DNA of 64,000 nucleotides from IMG/VR virus record IMGVR_UViG_3300038461_000042, positions 1,503-65,502 of that record; one strand, 5' to 3'. The position numbers and the translations under genes were made by a program. The stretch's first letter is position 1. Each line of letters starts with the position of its first letter. Positions 46,241 through 55,547 of the stretch are shown piece after piece. Source of the stretch: a virus. Taxonomy: Duplodnaviria > Caudoviricetes. The notes below the pieces were generated by a model, which had not been told where the DNA came from, did no database searches, and was given only the letters and a program-made list of their open reading frames with translations.

Positions 46241-46955
46241 TATTGACCATCCTTTTTATGGCAGTTCGTAAATCAACGGTTTCTTTGCAAACCAATTGAT
46301 ACGCTCTGTCCAAATACTCCGAATCGGGCACGTAACGGGCGGGGGTTGGCATTTCTTCGTGTTCGATAAATTCTATTTTGGCGCTGGTAATGTTGGCAAC
46401 CATACACGCAACCTCGTACATGGTAATCGGATTTATCGCTCCAACATCATAAATCCCATCGCCATCTAATAAAATGCGCCAGAACCAGTCCCCCACATCT
46501 TTTCCATACAGGTAGGTTCTTACTGTACTTCCATCTCCCCACACTTCAATAGGCTTTCCAGCCAACGCGCTTTGAATGAATATCGAAAGAGCCTTGTTCT
46601 TTTGGAATGGTAATCCAGAGGTCGCGTAGAGTCGCGCAATAACCACGTCCACATTGCTGTGAATACACTCGGCCTCCCACAATCTCTTGTGATAGGCGTA
46701 TTCGCTTTTTCCTTCATAGACCGCCCCGGAAGAAGCAAAGAGGACTTTGGTTTTATGCTTTTGGGCATATTTCAGGACGCGCGAGGGGGAGATGGGGGCT
46801 AGGTGGACAATCATATCCCAATTTAAGTGTTCCCACGCCTCGTGATATGTTTCATGGTTGAGCATCGCCAGATTAACATTATCGGGTTTAGTTCTTGCCA
46901 TCCATGTCCCACAATATCCCGACGCTCCTGTACACAGTATGTTTAATGTACCCAT
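46230..46955 (-). CDS. NAD-dependent epimerase/dehydratase
   Basis: TGASGYCG, ASSGAVY, YxxxK and GDGSTVRTYLY. Confidence 0.9.
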   Translation of the reverse strand: MGTLNILCTGASGYCGTWMARTKPDNVNLAMLNHETYHEAWEHLNWDMIVHLAPISPSRVLKYAQKHKTKVLFASSGAVYEGKSEYAYHKRLWEAECIHSNVDVVIARLYATSGLPFQKNKALSIFIQSALAGKPIEVWGDGSTVRTYLYGKDVGDWFWRILLDGDGIYDVGAINPITMYEVACMVANITSAKIEFIEHEEMPTPARYVPDSEYLDRAYQLVCKETVDLRTAIKRMVNNES

Positions 46956-46964
46956 CGTAAATCC

Positions 46965-47153
46965 CTATCCAATCTTCTTTTTCCAAAATTGCCACCATGC
47001 TGGTTTCAAGATTTGTTGCTGATATTGTTGATTTTTTTCATATCTTTCTTTAATTTCCCGTTCTGTCTTTGGTATACATTCTTGTGCGGCGTTCTCTATA
47101 TATTCCGCACAACCATGGCAGAAACCCGTTTCGTCAAATTTGTGTTTTCTCAT
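46965..47153 (-). CDS. Small hypothetical protein
   Basis: GAAAGGA RBS; CHGC; KPAWWQFWK tail. Confidence 0.5.
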   Translation of the reverse strand: MRKHKFDETGFCHGCAEYIENAAQECIPKTEREIKERYEKNQQYQQQILKPAWWQFWKKKIG

Positions 47154-47157
47154 ATTA

Positions 47158-48135
47158 TCATCCTTTCATTGTCCATCTAAGGTCTTTATCTATTTTACCA
47201 CTCTCCATCAAGGATTTTAGTCTGGCAAGTCTGACATAGCCAGAAAAGTCTTTCATAAGCAGATAGTCAAACTTAAATTTCATTTCTTCTATCCCGTCCC
47301 ATATACCCCAAGTCGGGGTAAATCCTAACACTCTTTTCGCTTTCAAGAAGTCCACCTGATAACTTCGCGGGTCAATATCTTTGTTCTCAGAATTAGTTAC
47401 GATACAATTCGGAAACGACTCTGCCACAGCCGAAGCAATCGCCCTTACTTGATAATTTCGCGCCCCGATATTGAATATCTGGTTGTGTACTTTCTCTCGC
47501 GGTGCTTCGAGAGCAAGTAAAAAGGCTTGGCAAATATCCTTGACGTGAACCAATGGCCTCCATTGTGTCCCATCGCCAACAATGTTTACTCGGTTTTGAG
47601 AATAAGCAGAGCAAGTCATTGTGTTAAGAACGAGGTCGGAACGGAAGTTCGGAGACCAACCAAAGGCGGTAGCATTACGGAGAATGATGGGGCTGAAATC
47701 TTCCGAGGCCAACTGCATTAAACTCTTTTCGGCTCTTGCCTTGGAAACAGCATAGGTGGTCAAGGGATAAAGCTCCGATTCTTCGTTGGCAATTCCATCT
47801 GAACAACCATATACACTACAAGATGAAGAAAATAGGAAGCGTCTTATACCAGCTTTTCTTGCCAACACCGCCAAACGAAAAGTAGAGAAATCATTAATTT
47901 CATCTGTCAATATTTTGTTCAATTCTCCCATCGGATCGTTTGATAAGGCAGCTAAATGGATTATTATGTCAAAGCCGTTATTAGCCAGTGAATATATTTC
48001 TCTAATGTCAACTCCCTGCTTATCTTCAATAAAATAATCCATGTCAAGACCAATAATTTCATGTCCCGCCTCCTCCAGCATCGGTTTCATCACAGAACCA
48101 ATATATCCATCATGTCCGGTCATCAGAATCTTCAT
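47158..48135 (-). CDS. NAD-dependent epimerase/dehydratase (extended SDR)
   Basis: TGHDGYIG, HLAALSNDP, SSCSVYG, YAVSK and LRNATAFG. Confidence 0.92.
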   Translation of the reverse strand: MKILMTGHDGYIGSVMKPMLEEAGHEIIGLDMDYFIEDKQGVDIREIYSLANNGFDIIIHLAALSNDPMGELNKILTDEINDFSTFRLAVLARKAGIRRFLFSSSCSVYGCSDGIANEESELYPLTTYAVSKARAEKSLMQLASEDFSPIILRNATAFGWSPNFRSDLVLNTMTCSAYSQNRVNIVGDGTQWRPLVHVKDICQAFLLALEAPREKVHNQIFNIGARNYQVRAIASAVAESFPNCIVTNSENKDIDPRSYQVDFLKAKRVLGFTPTWGIWDGIEEMKFKFDYLLMKDFSGYVRLARLKSLMESGKIDKDLRWTMKG

Positions 48136-49226
48136 TTTTCCTCCAAGTACGGATACATATTATCAAGACGACCTTTACCATCGAAAAGAACTCTGGGCAA
48201 TGCAAGTTCTTCATGGGGGGCAGAAACAATAATGGCGAACGGCCCCACTATTTCATCTACAGGAGTATTGCCGCCCAATTCAAATAAAAAGTCATAATCA
48301 TAAACGCCAATATCGAAAGCAGAAACGATGCTGGCGATATTTGGAAACGTTCTTCCCTCACTTACCCTTCCGAATGCTCTCATCTCCGAACTTCGCGTAG
48401 AGGCATAGCCCCCATTTTCGACAATGAACATGACGATATTCAAATTCAACCGTTTGACAACTTCCAATTCCTGCATACACTGGCAGAATGAACCATCCCC
48501 CTCGACAAGCACGACTCTCTTTCCGCTTGCTAAAACAACGCCAATCGCTACGGGAATTCCTCCGCCCATCGAGCCAAGCCCGCAGGAGGATAAAACCACC
48601 CGCAATCCCTTTTTATTCTTAAAGAAGGCCGGGAAGATAGTTCCCCCCGCGCCTCCGGCAGTATCCAAGACAAGTACATCGTCAGACGTTAATACTTTTC
48701 CCAACTCATCACAAAGTTGATAGGTAGCGGTATTCCCCTCCAGCCCATAGGTCTGTTTCCATTCCTGGCATCGTTTCAACCAATCCGAATACTGTGTAAA
48801 TTCATGTTTTGCAAGTTCTTGGATAAATTGCAAAGAGTCCATGTGAATAAATAAGTCGAGGTTTGGTATCTTCAATGCCTCGCTCAAGTCTACATCCACC
48901 AATACCTTTTTCGCCCTCGGAGCCAAGTTCTCATACTTGAAAGCAATCGTGCCGGGGTCTAATCTTGCACCTATGGACAAGAGCAGGTCACAGCCCTGTA
49001 TAGCAAAATTAGATCCTCGGGTTGCCACAATCCCCGGCCTGCCGATAAAGAGAGAATTGTCCCATTCAATCAAATCAATCGCGTTCCATGTCGTCAAAAT
49101 TGGAATTCGCCATTTTTCCGCGAAGGCAATGATTTCGGGAGAGGCTTTACGCGCCCCCGCCCCCAAGAGAATTATAGGTCGTTGTGACCCCAACCACATA
49201 TCAAGCAGTTCTGGTACACCGCTCAT
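48132..49226 (-). CDS. TPP-dependent enzyme, middle and C-terminal domains (acetolactate synthase/YerE-like)
   Basis: PIILLGAG, GARLD, GSMGGG and TPP motif GDGS…ENGGY. Confidence 0.88.
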   Translation of the reverse strand: MSGVPELLDMWLGSQRPIILLGAGARKASPEIIAFAEKWRIPILTTWNAIDLIEWDNSLFIGRPGIVATRGSNFAIQGCDLLLSIGARLDPGTIAFKYENLAPRAKKVLVDVDLSEALKIPNLDLFIHMDSLQFIQELAKHEFTQYSDWLKRCQEWKQTYGLEGNTATYQLCDELGKVLTSDDVLVLDTAGGAGGTIFPAFFKNKKGLRVVLSSCGLGSMGGGIPVAIGVVLASGKRVVLVEGDGSFCQCMQELEVVKRLNLNIVMFIVENGGYASTRSSEMRAFGRVSEGRTFPNIASIVSAFDIGVYDYDFLFELGGNTPVDEIVGPFAIIVSAPHEELALPRVLFDGKGRLDNMYPYLEEK

Positions 49227-49762
49227 TCAATCACCATCACCTGTACGTTGAGGGGTAGTACGCACACAGTCGGACCCCTCCTATCTTCCAAGGCAAACTT
49301 TACCGTCTGCTCAAATATCCACTTCGCGCCAATGGCATTTTCGGCGCACTCAACATATTTTGTAATCGGTCTTGCCACCCTTGTCATATCCACGTCTTGC
49401 GCGCTTCCTTCCCGGAGATTGTATTTGTTCTTGATTTCCAATTCGGGAGTATTTATCTCGCCACAAATGACCAAGAGAGGAATACTATCGCACCACGCCG
49501 ATGCAATGGCAGTCAAGGTGTTGGTACTTCCCGGCCCCGCGGTTACTACACAAACTCCGAGCTGATTCGTAACTTGCGAATCCCCAATTGCCGCAAACGC
49601 CGCCGCAGACTCATGTAAGCACCAAACTACTTGTAAATCCGAATGAGAGAGAGGGTCAAGCAGATTTTGCAAAAATCCCCCCGGCAAGGCGTAAACTCTT
49701 TGCACGCCCAGCCGTAGTAATTCTTTCGTTATCCATTCAGAAACCAGCATTCCATTCTCCAT
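49223..49762 (-). CDS. TPP-dependent enzyme, N-terminal (Pyr) domain
   Basis: LPGG, HESAAAFAA, TAGPGSTN, DSIPLLVICG and RRGP. Confidence 0.88.
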   Translation of the reverse strand: MENGMLVSEWITKELLRLGVQRVYALPGGFLQNLLDPLSHSDLQVVWCLHESAAAFAAIGDSQVTNQLGVCVVTAGPGSTNTLTAIASAWCDSIPLLVICGEINTPELEIKNKYNLREGSAQDVDMTRVARPITKYVECAENAIGAKWIFEQTVKFALEDRRGPTVCVLPLNVQVMVIE

Positions 49763-49763
49763 C

Positions 49764-49798
49764 TTGCCTTGAAGTAACCTAAACTCTTATAATTATAA
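49764..49798. promoter_or_regulatory. Divergent promoter with palindromic double -10 (TTATAATTATAA)
   Basis: Perfect 12-bp palindrome at 49787-49798 gives TATAAT on both strands in a 57-bp divergent gap. Confidence 0.5.
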
Positions 49799-49819
49799 CA
49801 CGCTTACAAACGAGGCTGA

Positions 49820-51091
49820 ATGCCAACACCTATAATCAAACCTGCCCCCATCGCCCCGACCCCAATTATTAAGCCCATCGTTCCGGGTGGCTGTGTAATC
49901 AACGCGGGCAAGATCGCGCCGATGATTGCTTCCAAGTATGAGTTGGATAACAATACGTTCATCCTAGCTGCCAACGACGACCCGGTGAACTTGATTTCGG
50001 CGGAAGTGGGCGACAGCAAGCAGGAATTATTTTTTCCGCAGATGAAATTTTGCCGGTGGGATAACGAGGTCAATTTCTCGGCGCGGCTGGTACATGATGA
50101 GGCGGCTCCGCAGGTCATCACGAAGGGCAATCAAATTCAATGGATAGGGGAGCGGGTATCGGCCAATTTCTACGACCTGGACATCACGGACGAGGACGAG
50201 GGCGGGTACGAGTTTGAGGTGGTGTTGAACGAGGAACCGGATAGCAATGTTATCCAGTTTACCATCCAGACGAAGGGGCTAGATTTCTTCTACCAACCCG
50301 AATTATCTCAGGAAGAAATTGACGAGGGCGCGAGCAGACCTGACAATGTAGTTGGCTCGTATGCGGTCTACTGCTCCGCGTTGAAAACAAACATCGAGGG
50401 CGGGAACCTATATAAGTGCGGCAAGGTCGGACATATTTACAGGCCGTGGGTGGTGGACGCGGAAGGCAACGGGGTGTGGGGCGAACTAAATATCGACGTG
50501 GAAGCGGGTATCCTGTCTGTGACGATTGACCAGGATTTTCTGGACAAGGCGGTATATCCGGTTAGGCACGCAGCCGGGTTGACGTTTGGATACACAACCG
50601 CTGGAGGCACAGTAGGGTCAAATCCGTATAACTCCGCAAACGTTTTTGATGTACATACCGCCGGAGTGGGCGAGACCATTACAAAATATAGCATGTATGG
50701 ATTCTTTAATCCATCAATAACCTGGCAATTCGATGCATATACTGTTGTCAGTGGAGGAGCCGTTAGCAGATTGGGAACCGCGACAACAATAACTATGACA
50801 ACTACTCCGGGGTGGTTTGATAGTGCCGCAGTATCTCAGGCACTCACGAATGGCGCTGTTTACTGTGTTGCGTTTGGTAATAATGTTAATTCCGGAAATA
50901 TTTATTATGATTCAGCTACCAATGCCAGAGACAGGGATATTACCAATACTACACTTCCAACTACTTGGGCACATAACAGCTATTCAACCCCTCGTTATTC
51001 CATTTATGCCACGTACACGGCGGAGGGCGGCGCGAGGTGGAGTCGTCTTTTGGCAAATGAAGTTAATCGACTTGTAGTAGGAGAGGCATAA
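49820..51091 (+). CDS. Putative virion/accessory structural protein
   Basis: Pro-rich N-terminus; WDNEVNFS…RPDNVVGSYAVY…GKVGHIYRP domain; beta-rich C-terminus ending YSIYATY. Confidence 0.55.
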   Translation: MPTPIIKPAPIAPTPIIKPIVPGGCVINAGKIAPMIASKYELDNNTFILAANDDPVNLISAEVGDSKQELFFPQMKFCRWDNEVNFSARLVHDEAAPQVITKGNQIQWIGERVSANFYDLDITDEDEGGYEFEVVLNEEPDSNVIQFTIQTKGLDFFYQPELSQEEIDEGASRPDNVVGSYAVYCSALKTNIEGGNLYKCGKVGHIYRPWVVDAEGNGVWGELNIDVEAGILSVTIDQDFLDKAVYPVRHAAGLTFGYTTAGGTVGSNPYNSANVFDVHTAGVGETITKYSMYGFFNPSITWQFDAYTVVSGGAVSRLGTATTITMTTTPGWFDSAAVSQALTNGAVYCVAFGNNVNSGNIYYDSATNARDRDITNTTLPTTWAHNSYSTPRYSIYATYTAEGGARWSRLLANEVNRLVVGEA

Positions 51092-51092
51092 A

Positions 51093-52625
51093 ATGCCCTA
51101 TTTTGGCGACTATAACGCTGGAATGGCCCTATATAAGACCTTCACAACAGTAGACAGTACCGGCGCGCCCGCTTCTTTGGCGTCGGGAACAATGTCGGTT
51201 TTCAAGAACAATACAACTACTCCATCTACCTCTGGAACGAGTCTGTCTGCTAACTTTGGAAGCCTGGTCGGACTAAATCTTGTTACGGTAGACCTTAGTA
51301 CCGACCCTACCTTTTATGCCAACGGAAATGATTATGCCATTGTCATAAAAGAGGGGTTTATTGGCTCTATTCATGTGTTGGGGTACGAAGTGGGGCACTT
51401 CTCCATTGGAAATAGAAGTCCATTGCGCCCAAACGTTGCCGGACGTACCGTTTCGGTGGAAAGCAACGGTTTGATAGATGCCAATATGGTGCAAAATGGC
51501 CCGTCGGGAACCGGAACCAACCAGACCGCCAGAGACTTGGGGGCCAATATTGATGTAGCCATATCCTCTCGTTCTACCCTAGGCGGCGTTGCACAAACTG
51601 GAGACGCCTTCGCAAGAATTGGTGCGCCCTCTGGTTCGTCCATATCCGCAGACCTTCAATCAAATAGAGTGGCGATTGGCAATATTCCAACCGCCCCATT
51701 GCTCTCCGCAGACGCAAGAATACCGGCAACCATATTGGCCTCTCAATCCGATATTCTGATTAATCGAAGTGGTACAAACCTGATTCCCACAAATCCATTA
51801 CTGACAAGCGACTCGCGCGTTCCGAGTACATTAATTGCCTCTCAATCCGATGTACTTATCAATCGGAGTGGAACAAATGCCATTCCAACCAACCCACTTT
51901 TGACCAATGATGGTCGGCTTCCATCCACAAAGATTGCTTCGCAGAATGATGTTTTGTCTAATATAAGCGGGACAAATGCCCTGCAAGCATCCGTGGCTTT
52001 AATTCCAATTACCACGTTCCTGACAGGTGATACCAGGCTTCCCACAACCAAGATAGCATCTCAAGCAGATGTTCTGATAGGGATAAGTGGAACCAATACA
52101 ATTCCTGTTTTGGTGGATACGTTGTTATCCGCCAACCATACCACAGGAACTTGGGCCGGAGCAACGTCTCAACAGATAGATTCACAACTATCATCTTCAC
52201 ACGGAACAGGAACGTGGGGAGGCGGTAATGCGCCAAGCGTTGCACAAATCGACGCACAATTGTCAACCTCGCACGGAACAGGAACTTGGGGTGGAGGAAA
52301 CGCACCCTCGGTTGGACAGATTGATACCCAACTTTCCAGCACACACGGGGGCGGAGCGTGGGGTGCTATAGGAACGGGTGGAACGCTTAGTATTGTCACC
52401 GCCTCGCTGGTAGACACAACAACCGGAAATCCCGTACCAAATGCCCCGGCAGATTTATATGCTACAACGGGAACGCCGCCCAATAAGTTTGGCCCATTAA
52501 TACAAACTGTATTGACGGACGTTTTTGGGGTGGCAACATTCTCCAATCTAACCGCCGGGACATACTGGATTACCTTTAGGCCGGATGGATATACCCCCGT
52601 TCATATCACACAGGCAGCAGCATGA
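51093..52625 (+). CDS. Ser/Thr/Gly-rich repeat virion protein with C-terminal Ig/prealbumin-like domain
   Basis: About four 32-aa repeats (IPTNPLL.SD.R.P.T.IASQSDVL.N.SGTN) and three to four QID.QLS.SHGTGTWGG repeats; TD.FG.ATFSNL.AGTY. Confidence 0.6.
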   Translation: MPYFGDYNAGMALYKTFTTVDSTGAPASLASGTMSVFKNNTTTPSTSGTSLSANFGSLVGLNLVTVDLSTDPTFYANGNDYAIVIKEGFIGSIHVLGYEVGHFSIGNRSPLRPNVAGRTVSVESNGLIDANMVQNGPSGTGTNQTARDLGANIDVAISSRSTLGGVAQTGDAFARIGAPSGSSISADLQSNRVAIGNIPTAPLLSADARIPATILASQSDILINRSGTNLIPTNPLLTSDSRVPSTLIASQSDVLINRSGTNAIPTNPLLTNDGRLPSTKIASQNDVLSNISGTNALQASVALIPITTFLTGDTRLPTTKIASQADVLIGISGTNTIPVLVDTLLSANHTTGTWAGATSQQIDSQLSSSHGTGTWGGGNAPSVAQIDAQLSTSHGTGTWGGGNAPSVGQIDTQLSSTHGGGAWGAIGTGGTLSIVTASLVDTTTGNPVPNAPADLYATTGTPPNKFGPLIQTVLTDVFGVATFSNLTAGTYWITFRPDGYTPVHITQAAA

Positions 52626-53341
52626 CCATACCAATTACTCCCATTGTCCAAGTTCAGGGAACTCCGATTGTTTTGAGCGATACCATCTTTATAAACTATG
52701 GCGGACAGACCGGAACCTCTACCGCCTTCGCTAGAAACGCGGCCTATTTGATTGCAGAGAGAGAAGTCTGCTCCCACCTGCATACCCCCCTCGTTCCAAC
52801 CAATATCAGCGGGTCTTACAACTGGAACGCTGGAAATCCCTTTGAGATGGATTGGGGAAACATCAATACCATTTATGGAGTGACGGTTCAATCCAATCTG
52901 AATACCCTTTATGTTTACAGCGCGAATGATATGTTGAGGGCTGTATTCATTCGCAACGCGAAGTACGGCATTGTGGATATTCAATCGTGGCCGATGATGT
53001 ACCAGATTACATCTACTGCCTATCCAGTCGCCTCTCTACAACCCTACAGCGTCTTAGTTACTTACAATGCTGGCATGGCGGTTGGGGTGGCGACACAACC
53101 AGATATTTTATGGTGCTTGACCATGGCGGCGCAACTGGTCATAAACGAGATGTCTGTGGATGGGTCAATGGCGAATGAAGCACCGGGAGGAATTGGGATA
53201 ACGCAGTTCTCGAATGAATTGTACTCGGAACACAGAACCGCCCTTGGAGCCTCGATTTTCGGGGCAAGCCCTGTGAGTCAACAGATTACAAGACTCTTAG
53301 CAAGTTACAGAACTCGCTCCATTGGAAGGATGAGGAGATAA
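52622..53341 (+). CDS. Head-tail adaptor
   Basis: AERE…L.TPL and VTYNAG motifs; position in the structural module. Confidence 0.6.
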   Translation: MTIPITPIVQVQGTPIVLSDTIFINYGGQTGTSTAFARNAAYLIAEREVCSHLHTPLVPTNISGSYNWNAGNPFEMDWGNINTIYGVTVQSNLNTLYVYSANDMLRAVFIRNAKYGIVDIQSWPMMYQITSTAYPVASLQPYSVLVTYNAGMAVGVATQPDILWCLTMAAQLVINEMSVDGSMANEAPGGIGITQFSNELYSEHRTALGASIFGASPVSQQITRLLASYRTRSIGRMRR

Positions 53342-53342
53342 C

Positions 53343-53735
53343 GTGGTAGCCGGGCTAAACCTTTCGGTTTCGGTAACTAGATATTTTTACCAAGACGACG
53401 ATGTTGGGGGCAGCGTTCCGTCTGGTACTACAGTCTATCAGAACGTCCAAGGCCGTCGGATAGACCACATGATTCATATCCGCAGAATTCCAATCCTCGC
53501 CTCAGACCAACAAGGCTTAGAGTCTGACCGATACAACCTCTTTGAACTCTATCCCGCCACCATAGACGTGAAAGAAAATGACGAACTTCAAATCACCAAC
53601 CCTCCGAATAATTGGGATTATCACAAATACTTCCGTGTCATTTCTATCATGCGCGAAGGTTATCATCCCGCAGACAAGCGAGGCATTCTTTTAGTATCTT
53701 GCAGACGGAGTGTGATTGCCCATGGCATCCAGTGA
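53343..53735 (+). CDS. Head closure (stopper) protein
   Basis: DDVGG…DVKEND…FRVISI SPP1 gp16-like pattern. Confidence 0.6.
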   Translation: MVAGLNLSVSVTRYFYQDDDVGGSVPSGTTVYQNVQGRRIDHMIHIRRIPILASDQQGLESDRYNLFELYPATIDVKENDELQITNPPNNWDYHKYFRVISIMREGYHPADKRGILLVSCRRSVIAHGIQ

Positions 53736-54210
53736 CATAGACCTGAGGGCAGAAGAAAGGGCGGTAATTATTCAGTCGGCTAATATATATGCAGAGAGGG
53801 CAAGGAGCCTCGCCGCCGATGTTTCCTCGCGCGTCGCCAACGCAATTACGGTTAGCGAGGTTAGAGAATGGGCGGCGGGACTGGGTATTTATATAAGAGT
53901 CGGAAAGGTGATGGTAGAAGCAAAAAGAGGCGTGGAGGTTGAAGCCCCCCTTGGACTATATCTTGAGTATGGGGTGAAACCACATTCAATCGACGCCAGA
54001 ACAGAGCCGTATCTGATGTTCATGGGAACAAATGAATTTGAGGGAAAATTGATTAAGACTCGACACGTTGACCATCCCGGAGTGGAGGGAAAACATTTTA
54101 TGAAAAAGGCGCGCGAGGAGGTCAGGCCAATTATTTCCTCAACGCTAAAAGAGGCCGTTCATCGTTGTGTAAGTAGTGTAATTAGAACGGCATGGAGCGG
54201 AAGATACTAG
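53722..54210 (+). CDS. HK97 gp10-like tail completion protein
   Basis: YLEYGVKPH…VDHPG…HFMKKA. Confidence 0.75.
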   Translation: MASSDIDLRAEERAVIIQSANIYAERARSLAADVSSRVANAITVSEVREWAAGLGIYIRVGKVMVEAKRGVEVEAPLGLYLEYGVKPHSIDARTEPYLMFMGTNEFEGKLIKTRHVDHPGVEGKHFMKKAREEVRPIISSTLKEAVHRCVSSVIRTAWSGRY

Positions 54211-54211
54211 A

Positions 54212-54652
54212 ATGGCAAATATAGTTCCCATAGAAACGGCGCAAGCCGCAATCATTACTTATCTCAAGTCAATCTCTGCCCTCAATACGGCTCTGACCAC
54301 ATCCTCCTCGCCCTCTGGAAGTTCTTCACAGGTCAAGGAATATTTCTGGCAAGGCGAGGCCTTTACCTATCCTTCGGTCAGACTTCAAATGGGAATAGCA
54401 AGAGCGGTTGGGGAACCTGAATGTGGCAAGTGGCTTTTGCCGTTTTATATTTTATGTTTCTCGGAGCAGAAGTCCAGCAAACAGTGTTCCCAATTAGCAA
54501 GTATTGTAGCCACAATTCACGGTAAGCAACCCGGTATATTGAATGGGGTGGACTTTGTGAGATTTTATGTAGACCAGATTGTCCCCCCAATCAGACAGGA
54601 TGAGTTAACATGGCGAAGCGAAGTAATCGTTCACTCGACAATCAATATGTAG
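54212..54652 (+). CDS. Tail terminator
   Basis: Position and size; YP.V motif; beta-rich. Confidence 0.55.
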   Translation: MANIVPIETAQAAIITYLKSISALNTALTTSSSPSGSSSQVKEYFWQGEAFTYPSVRLQMGIARAVGEPECGKWLLPFYILCFSEQKSSKQCSQLASIVATIHGKQPGILNGVDFVRFYVDQIVPPIRQDELTWRSEVIVHSTINM

Positions 54653-54915
54653 AATCAATCTTGGAACCCGTTAAATCCGATATTGACCCCGAACCTCAAG
54701 TAACATACAATTATGTCACCAATCGTTTACCTTCTCGTGTGATTCGATACGGAGCGGTCACGGGAATAAGGTACGAGTGGAAACCGGGGGAATGTGTTGC
54801 AGTTCGATCCGAAGATGCAGATGCGTTACGAAACCTGAAATTAGGTGGTCGCCCCTGTGCTGGATGCTCAGGAGGTCCAACCGCCAATCTGATTTTTGAT
54901 GTATCGGAGGACTAA
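54610..54915 (+). CDS. Small Cys-tail protein (PCAGCSGG)
   Basis: G.VTG..YEW…V..ED..AL…C..C; resembles 36101-36331. Confidence 0.55.
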   Translation: MAKRSNRSLDNQYVESILEPVKSDIDPEPQVTYNYVTNRLPSRVIRYGAVTGIRYEWKPGECVAVRSEDADALRNLKLGGRPCAGCSGGPTANLIFDVSED

Positions 54916-55541
54916 TGACACTCACTACAGGAACGCCACTAGGAAATATCGTCACCCAGGAAGATCGTTTCCTGGAAGGGTCGCCCTATCTCTATATCCA
55001 GGACTACCGCGCCGGCTCATTGAATCATCCCGACGCGAACGGGTATTACTGGAACCTTTCAGGGACTTCGACCTATCCGGTCTACTCGCTTGGCTGTATC
55101 CAAGATGTCAAGATGACCGATAACGTCACCCTGAACATGATTCGTTGCGATACCGTCGGTAACAAGGCTGCCATCCAACGCCGTAACGAGGTTGATGTTG
55201 ATTTCCAACTGAACAGCCTCCTGCCCCTTGCCGTCACAAAAATCTTGATGAATATGTTCGACTCCCTTGAAGTCTCCGGGCGCGAGTATGTCGGTATCGG
55301 GAAGATCAACAACAACCAATACTGGCAGGTCTACGCCCCCAAGATTTATGACGACGTGGCCGGATACTGGATTATGGCGCACTTCGCCCGTTGCCAGGTG
55401 GTCGGAAACTTTGTCTGGGACATGAACATCAACGGGCACAAGCTGACCGGAATCAAGATCGCGGCTCTCGTGGATGAAACCAAGCCCGCGAATCAACTTT
55501 TCGGCTGCCTTGCGCGTTTCGACGCCAGCGCGTTGCCTTAG
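54915..55541 (+). CDS. Major tail tube protein
   Basis: GGAGG RBS; capsid-like codon bias; position before chaperones and tape measure. Confidence 0.7.
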   Translation: MTLTTGTPLGNIVTQEDRFLEGSPYLYIQDYRAGSLNHPDANGYYWNLSGTSTYPVYSLGCIQDVKMTDNVTLNMIRCDTVGNKAAIQRRNEVDVDFQLNSLLPLAVTKILMNMFDSLEVSGREYVGIGKINNNQYWQVYAPKIYDDVAGYWIMAHFARCQVVGNFVWDMNINGHKLTGIKIAALVDETKPANQLFGCLARFDASALP

Positions 55542-55547
55542 GGATAA

